The position numbers were made by a program, and so were the translations under genes. A DNA stretch of 64,000 nucleotides from Amphiscolops sp. MND2022 (taxonomy: Eukaryota): positions 85,128,001-85,192,000 of the forward strand of contig OZ076409.1 in NCBI GenBank assembly GCA_964187785.1, given 5' to 3'. How positions within the stretch are numbered: position 1 is the stretch's first letter; each line of letters opens with the position of its first letter. The notes under the pieces are model-generated. The model saw only the letters and a program-made list of their open reading frames with translations, ran no database searches and had not been told where the DNA came from. Shown piece by piece: positions 58,377 to 64,000 of this stretch.

Positions 58377-61300
58377 TATTCTATTTGTAGACTTGATACA
58401 ATAAAGAAAGTAATATTTGTTGAATACTCCATTCTCGACTGTACTGCGATTCAAATTTAGCAGAATAGGTTAACGGTAGAATCATGTTACTATGTTTTAG
58501 GGACAGGTACAACGCTGTCCATTATTATGTTACACCAGGATTGATCGACATCTTCATGTCACATTCCCCCCAGAATCTGAACATGAATGTGAATAGTAAC
58601 AATACAATAACTACAATTGTATTATCTATAATATCAATATTTCAATAACATAAATCTGCAAACGGTTTTAGCAAACGATAGCACCGAATGAGCAAGAGTG
58701 TTTATAAAACCGCTGTTATGCAACACCGAATATGCCAGTGGTTTTTCTCGGGTATTCTCTCCAGTTTCATCTCTTCCCTTTCTTCTTGGACTTGTGACGG
58801 TTTCCATCTCGTCAAAGCTAATTTATTTGCCGGTCATTTTTCGTCACTCTTCAAACTGGTTTGCCGTTTCTTCATTCCATTCATCAACGGTGTTATCTGC
58901 AACAATCAAAACTTGATTGGATTACCATAGCCGTTTATAGGATTAATGGACCGTAGTCTAATCGATTTTCGTATGTTTTTCTCGTTTTGGTTTCCAGTTT
59001 CGTTTGAGTGTGTGTTGTCTATTATCTCTGTTTTTATAGAATCAGTATTACCGTTTCTGTCCACTACGATTATGACGACTGGGGTTTCCTCGACTGTAGC
59101 CCTTGGTTCCTTCAGCTTTTCCTGTGTCACGTTCTCTACATGAAATCTGAGGTTTTTCCCCCGGAATCGTGGTTGTTCTGCCCCTTGTGGATTAAGATCC
59201 TTCTATTAATTTTCCTTTCATATCCGGCGATTGTTGTAGTGGACTCCATTTTTGGTGTTGAGTTCAAGATGTTGTCTTCTCGCTCTGGGTGGCTGCCCCC
59301 CTCCAAATGCTCTGCGGTTGTGTTGCTTTCGTTGACGTTAGATTGTCCATCTGGGTTTCATGAGTTTTCCATTCTTTGATAGCAGGTTCTGGAAAGTGGG
59401 TTTTATTGGTTTTCTAGCTCAATTTGTATATAAAAGTTTGTTTCCGTTCGTTAGTATCGTGTGTTTGATTCCAGCTTTTGCCGTTTGTGTTTTTGTCGTA
59501 CATACATTCGAAGTTATCTCATCTTTGCTTTTTTTCTAGAAAAAGGTACTGGAAGTTTTTACCAACGTCCTTTTCAGCTTACTTGATGTTTTCAGCACAA
59601 GCTGATCATGCTTTCCACTTTCGTTTGAGAGTACACCTGGAGGGTCTCCGGTTTAGCTGAAACAACATTTTAATACTTTTTCGGAGATATGTTTAAATAA
59701 TTGTGTTTTTCCGTTTGAAGTTTTCTATGGTAGTTTCTTTTATGCTTGGATGGTTCCGTTGTTCTCATAGTAATCAAGGAATGGTCAGCGCTTCATGTTT
59801 TTTCCGTCCTCGAGGGTTGTTCGCACTAATCCTTGAGGGTGTTTGGTCGCTTTCCGGCTGACCAGTTAATGTATGTATATACGGTGTTCTGTGAATTAAT
59901 TTTATGTTTAAAGACTCATAAAAAGCTCTAAATGTCTTCCAGTAAAGGCCGTGCCTTTATTCGTTCGAATCGTTGGTTGTAGTTCGTTTAATGTAAAGTA
60001 TAGTCCCATGAAGTTTGTTGCTGTTTTTCCGGTTGGTGTTTCACACATACAAGCAGACGGTTATCTGCCAAATTGATCTATTGGAAGTAGTATGGAGTAA
60101 TAAGGTTATTTCTCAACCTGAGTTACCTCGGTTGCGATCGTCTTTAAGCCCGTTGTGAACTTTTGTTCTGCCTGTCTTATCGTATTCTCGAGAACCCTTG
60201 CTTTGTCTGCTTGAACAAGACTTGCTTGTCCTATCTGGACGTATCGAACTCGTTTTGCTCTCAGATACCGTTTAAAATTTATTGCTGGGACGTCAATTGA
60301 GTAGTTTGAGCTTGTGGACCCGGTTTCGAAATCTTCTGCTCCGGTGTTGCTCTTTTCTGATTAGACTTCGGATCTGGATGATTTTGCTTGGTCTTGTTTG
60401 GTCTTCGTTTAGATCGTAGGTGTATTCCTGAGTTTTTGTTATCATCTGTGTAATCCTTTTTCTCCTTTGTATAACGTCTTGTGATTCTTTGTTTTGTTTT
60501 TCCATTCTCTCCCAGATTAGTCTATTTCTTCTTTGACGAAGCTCCATCTCTAACCGCTTTGTTTCCAATCAATGTTGTCCGGGTTGGTTGTACTTCTTCC
60601 ACCCTCCATTTGAGTAGCTCATGGTTTCAATAATTCTTTCCAGCGGTTCATTAACTCTAAGGTTTCTTCTGTTGGTTCTGTTCTTTCAATTTTGTTCAAT
60701 TTTTCCGATGTCCAATGATGTTTGATATTTTGGAAAGTAATTGTTATTCACAAGTTTAACTGTATTCTGTTTCTTTAGCAACGAACTGCACTTGTTTTGT
60801 TTGTCTTATTCTGACTTTAGTTCGTTTTTGTATCTCTTCTTTGTGGTTGTTTTTCTTTTCGTGTTGTTCTAGTTTCGTCATTGCATATTGATTTTCAGTG
60901 TGAGATGAAAATCTGCTTGCGAATGCGATCGGCGTTAGTGTGCCAAGCATGGATTTTTGTTATACCCTCTTTCAAATTGTTCAAAGCTTCTGCGTGTTCT
61001 TCCGTCCCAATTGGTTCATTTTGCTTCTTCAGTAAATTTGTAATAAATCTGTGTTTGCTGAGAAAATCTCGATATACTTCCACAACTATTGTATCAGCTC
61101 CAGAAACGATTTTAATTCTTTTTCGTTTTTTCGAATGTTGACTTTTATTATCGCTTTTAGTTGTTCTTGTAATGGTCATATCCTTTGCTGATCAATTTTG
61201 CGTCCCATTCGATGTTTAATTCGCAGAATTCACATATCGTTCGGTTTTATCTGCATCCGGCTTTTTCCAACTTTGTGGTTGTTTCCCGTACTTCTGCTTC

Positions 61301-63238
61301 GTGTTTCTCCGTGTTTCTCATTGTTACGATTATGATGTCATCCAGCCAGGCTGGGTGCTTATTTTCAGATCTAGTGTCTCTTTGATCTTGAAAGACTGTT
61401 GCAATACCTGCCAGTCTGTATTAGAAGGTAAACATTCAGGAAACGGTAGTAGCCTGTACACTGCCCTCCTGTTATGGTAAATTTGCAAAGTTTCCTTATT
61501 TTTTCAGCCCGTTAGATTTGTCCGTAAGCGTAGTCCGGTTTGGTGGCTAGGATTTCTTCTTCCGTCACCTCTGACATTTTTTGTGATGTTCGTGAAATCA
61601 GTTCTTCCGTATTTGTCATTTGAGTATTCCTTTTTATTGTCACTTCTTTTAGTTTTCATGAATTCAATGCAATTTTCATCTATTTGTCTTTTTTCACCGT
61701 TATCACTGCTGGGTTCACAAAACACACCTCTATAATGTCGGTTTTCCGTTTGAAATTTTCATGATCGATTAGTCGTTTGAGTTTATTTGATCTTGGTCCT
61801 GGAGATAATTGGGTTTGGTTTCTTTTCTTGTTGAAATATGTGTGCTCCCTTTTTCAAGTATACCTTCCTTGAATTGTTTTCTATCCCTTTGTGATTGTTG
61901 TTGTTGTAGAACAAGTCCAAGAAGTCAATTTGGAGCTTTGTTATTCCCTTTTCCGTACTGCCCAGTTTTATGATATGGATTTGAATTGCGTCGTTATTTG
62001 AATTTAGGTTTATTTTTAGCCGTTGCATCAAATCCAATCCCAGTACCAGGGATGTTTGCGATTTTCATTATGGATCGTATGAATTTTCTGGTAAACCCAG
62101 TTGTATTCGTCTGCTGATGAGGTTGCTCTGTCGATGTAATGGACTCTTTTTATTAGTGACCTGCACATCTTTTCATAATGTTTTTCTGTATTCTTTGCAA
62201 TCTCTGAATTCTGCTGTTTTCGCGGAACATGTGTGCTGTCTCGTCCATTTTGGTGCGCCGCGTTGTCCAAATCGGTTGTCTCTCTGTTTGAACGATTGAT
62301 TTTCCGGTCTTCTCTTTGGTCTTTCCTGACCAGACTTTTCTGACAATTTTCGTTTATATGGTCATTCTTCTATATGTTTTATTCCCTTTCCGTCGTTGGA
62401 ATTGTTTGAGTCATTTAACCGTTCATACATGTGTTCGTGTATCAGTGTTGTTATGGTCTCGATGGTCATGTCACTCTTGTGAATCTTTTTCTTGAGTTCA
62501 TTGTCGCCCGTTGATCTGCCGATTAAGGAAATGAATTATGGCGCTATTAGTTCGACTGTTGTGGCATTTTCGGGCTCGCAATTTTTCTCCATTTGTTGTA
62601 TCCTCGTTCAAGCATCCTCTGCGGTTTCGTGTTTTTCTCTTGTTATTCCAAAGAAATCAGCCCTGCTATGGAATTTGTTCCGTTCGGGTATATAATGTAA
62701 CTGGAACAATGAGTTTAGTTGGTTTATGTTCATTCTGTTTGGATCATTTACTTTAACGGTTCTCGTCATTTCCGTTAACTCGCCTATAGCCCAGATGAAA
62801 AGCTCTTTTATCCGGTGTTCCAGAACATTTCTACACTGTAATATTTCGCCGCCTGTGATCATGACGTTTTAATCATTATTTTGCGTCAATTTTGTGTACT
62901 GTTTGACTTGCCTTTGCCATTCTTCTTGAATACCGCCTTCTCGAACGTCTGAAAAGTCATTTTTTTATGGCTTTTTACATTCTTCGCATTTGCTATTTCT
63001 GCTGTGTTTTCCTCACTTGAGGAACCCATCCTCTCTGATGAGTTCGCCTTGTCCATCATGTTACTGCGCCATGTTCTATAAGTTGGCTTGATATATTGAA
63101 GAAAGTGATATACGTTGAAGACTCTGAACTCTAGTAAAATTCAGATGTAACTGAATAGGTCAAGTTGAATCATGTTACTACGTTTCAGGGACAGGTACTA
63201 CGCTGTCAAATAATATGTTACGGCAGGATTAGCTCACA
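58377..63238 (-). mobile_element. Old, decayed Gypsy/Ty3 LTR retrotransposon with short diverged LTRs
   Basis: LTRs ~58377-58563 and 63072-63238 share GAATCATGTTACTA..TTT.AGGGACAGGTAC.ACGCTGTC; 4-bp TSD GGAC (58373-76, 63239-42); PBS TGGCGCAGT; PPT CTGGGGGGAA; gag remnant PERNKFHSRADFFGITR; RT WLDDIIIVT (~61323-61348); integrase remnant RTNKGTAFTG (~59940-59968). Confidence 0.88.
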
Positions 63239-63540
63239 GGACATAGAATGTACTAAGATTAGGTATAGAGCTAGTTTTCTGAGATTGTTGCCTCTCGCAG
63301 AAAGCTGAAACTTTTTAAGGGTAGTCAGGGAAACATCATCTTTTAGGTATGTTTAAAGCAAATACTGCATCAAGTGTAAGCACTCAGAATGTCCAAAGTT
63401 GAGAACTTAAACCAAGCTCCACTATCAATACATGTAAAAATGAAATTACTAAAGTTGTGTTTTGATGCTATTGAAAATTCCAAATAAAAATCATTGTAAA
63501 CAAGAACCGGGGTATTTTCGCTAAAATCTGACGCATCATC

Positions 63541-63600
63541 ATGGTGCGAAACCACGACCTCGTGTCTGCCAGGCAGACGCGCTACCAACTGCACCATGGT
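63541..63600 (-). repeat. Degenerate tRNA-like sequence (probable SINE head)
   Basis: Minus strand TGGTGCAGTTGGTAGCGCGTCTGCCTGGCAGACACGAGGTCGTGGTTTCGCACC: A-box-like and damaged B-box-like motifs at tRNA spacing. Confidence 0.5.
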
Positions 63601-64000
63601 GAATAGAATTTACAAACTAAATGGAGTTATAAAATGGATATTTGGCAGAATGTTGAAAAAAACAACACAGATTATGACTTTCTTCCCCCATTGTATGTGG
63701 GTGGAAAATAACAATATAAACATTCTGCAAATTTTTGTTTTGCTCATTTTTACCGCAGTTCAGTGCTTTTTGAATTTTCCTGCTTTTTAATACAATTGCT
63801 TCATGTCTCATTGCTTTGTCACAGAACCAAATACCGTAGAACGTAGTTCAACAGGATTCCAACAAGTATGTGAGTTCTCCACTAAAGAGGTCGTGAAATC
63901 TCTTTGGTTCGGGCTTGAAGATTTTTTTTATCAGGGACTCATCAAAGTATCCCTTCACGTATCCTGGAAGTACGTCTGCATACGTCTGCACATTCCATAA

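Noticed and set aside
63541..63600. Functional tRNA gene
   Set aside because: The T-loop/B-box is damaged and I cannot build a full acceptor stem; kept only as a SINE-like head.

Overview
AT-rich, transposon-dense eukaryotic (animal-like) DNA, with no sign of prokaryotic gene organisation. The only convincing host gene segment is a GC-rich first coding exon of a class A (rhodopsin-like) GPCR at 8415-8879 (+). No downstream exon is recognisable, so most of the window may be one very large intron. The rest is mobile DNA: two BEL/Pao LTR elements on the minus strand with paired LTRs and 5-bp TSDs (13510-18368, TSD TATGA; 34092-39913, TSD AGATG), two decayed Gypsy elements (~21121-24660 +; 58377-63238 -, TSD GGAC), a probable LTR element 3' end at 1-2480, many non-autonomous Helentron (DINE-1/HINE-like) copies, TA-flanked CCCAG-ended MITEs, and a 2.86-kb tandem duplication whose first copy preserves the empty site of the second BEL insertion. 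The most unusual signals are: (i) two abutting near-perfect palindromes (520 bp + 228 bp, A-A'-B'-B layout) at 54978-55725; (ii) an extra SGNH/GDSL-like ORF between the PBS and gag of one BEL element; (iii) a six-copy tandem array of primer-binding-site-like sequences in the other BEL element, whose long ORFs stay open although catalytic motifs are not recognisable. All family assignments come from motif reading by eye, without database searches.
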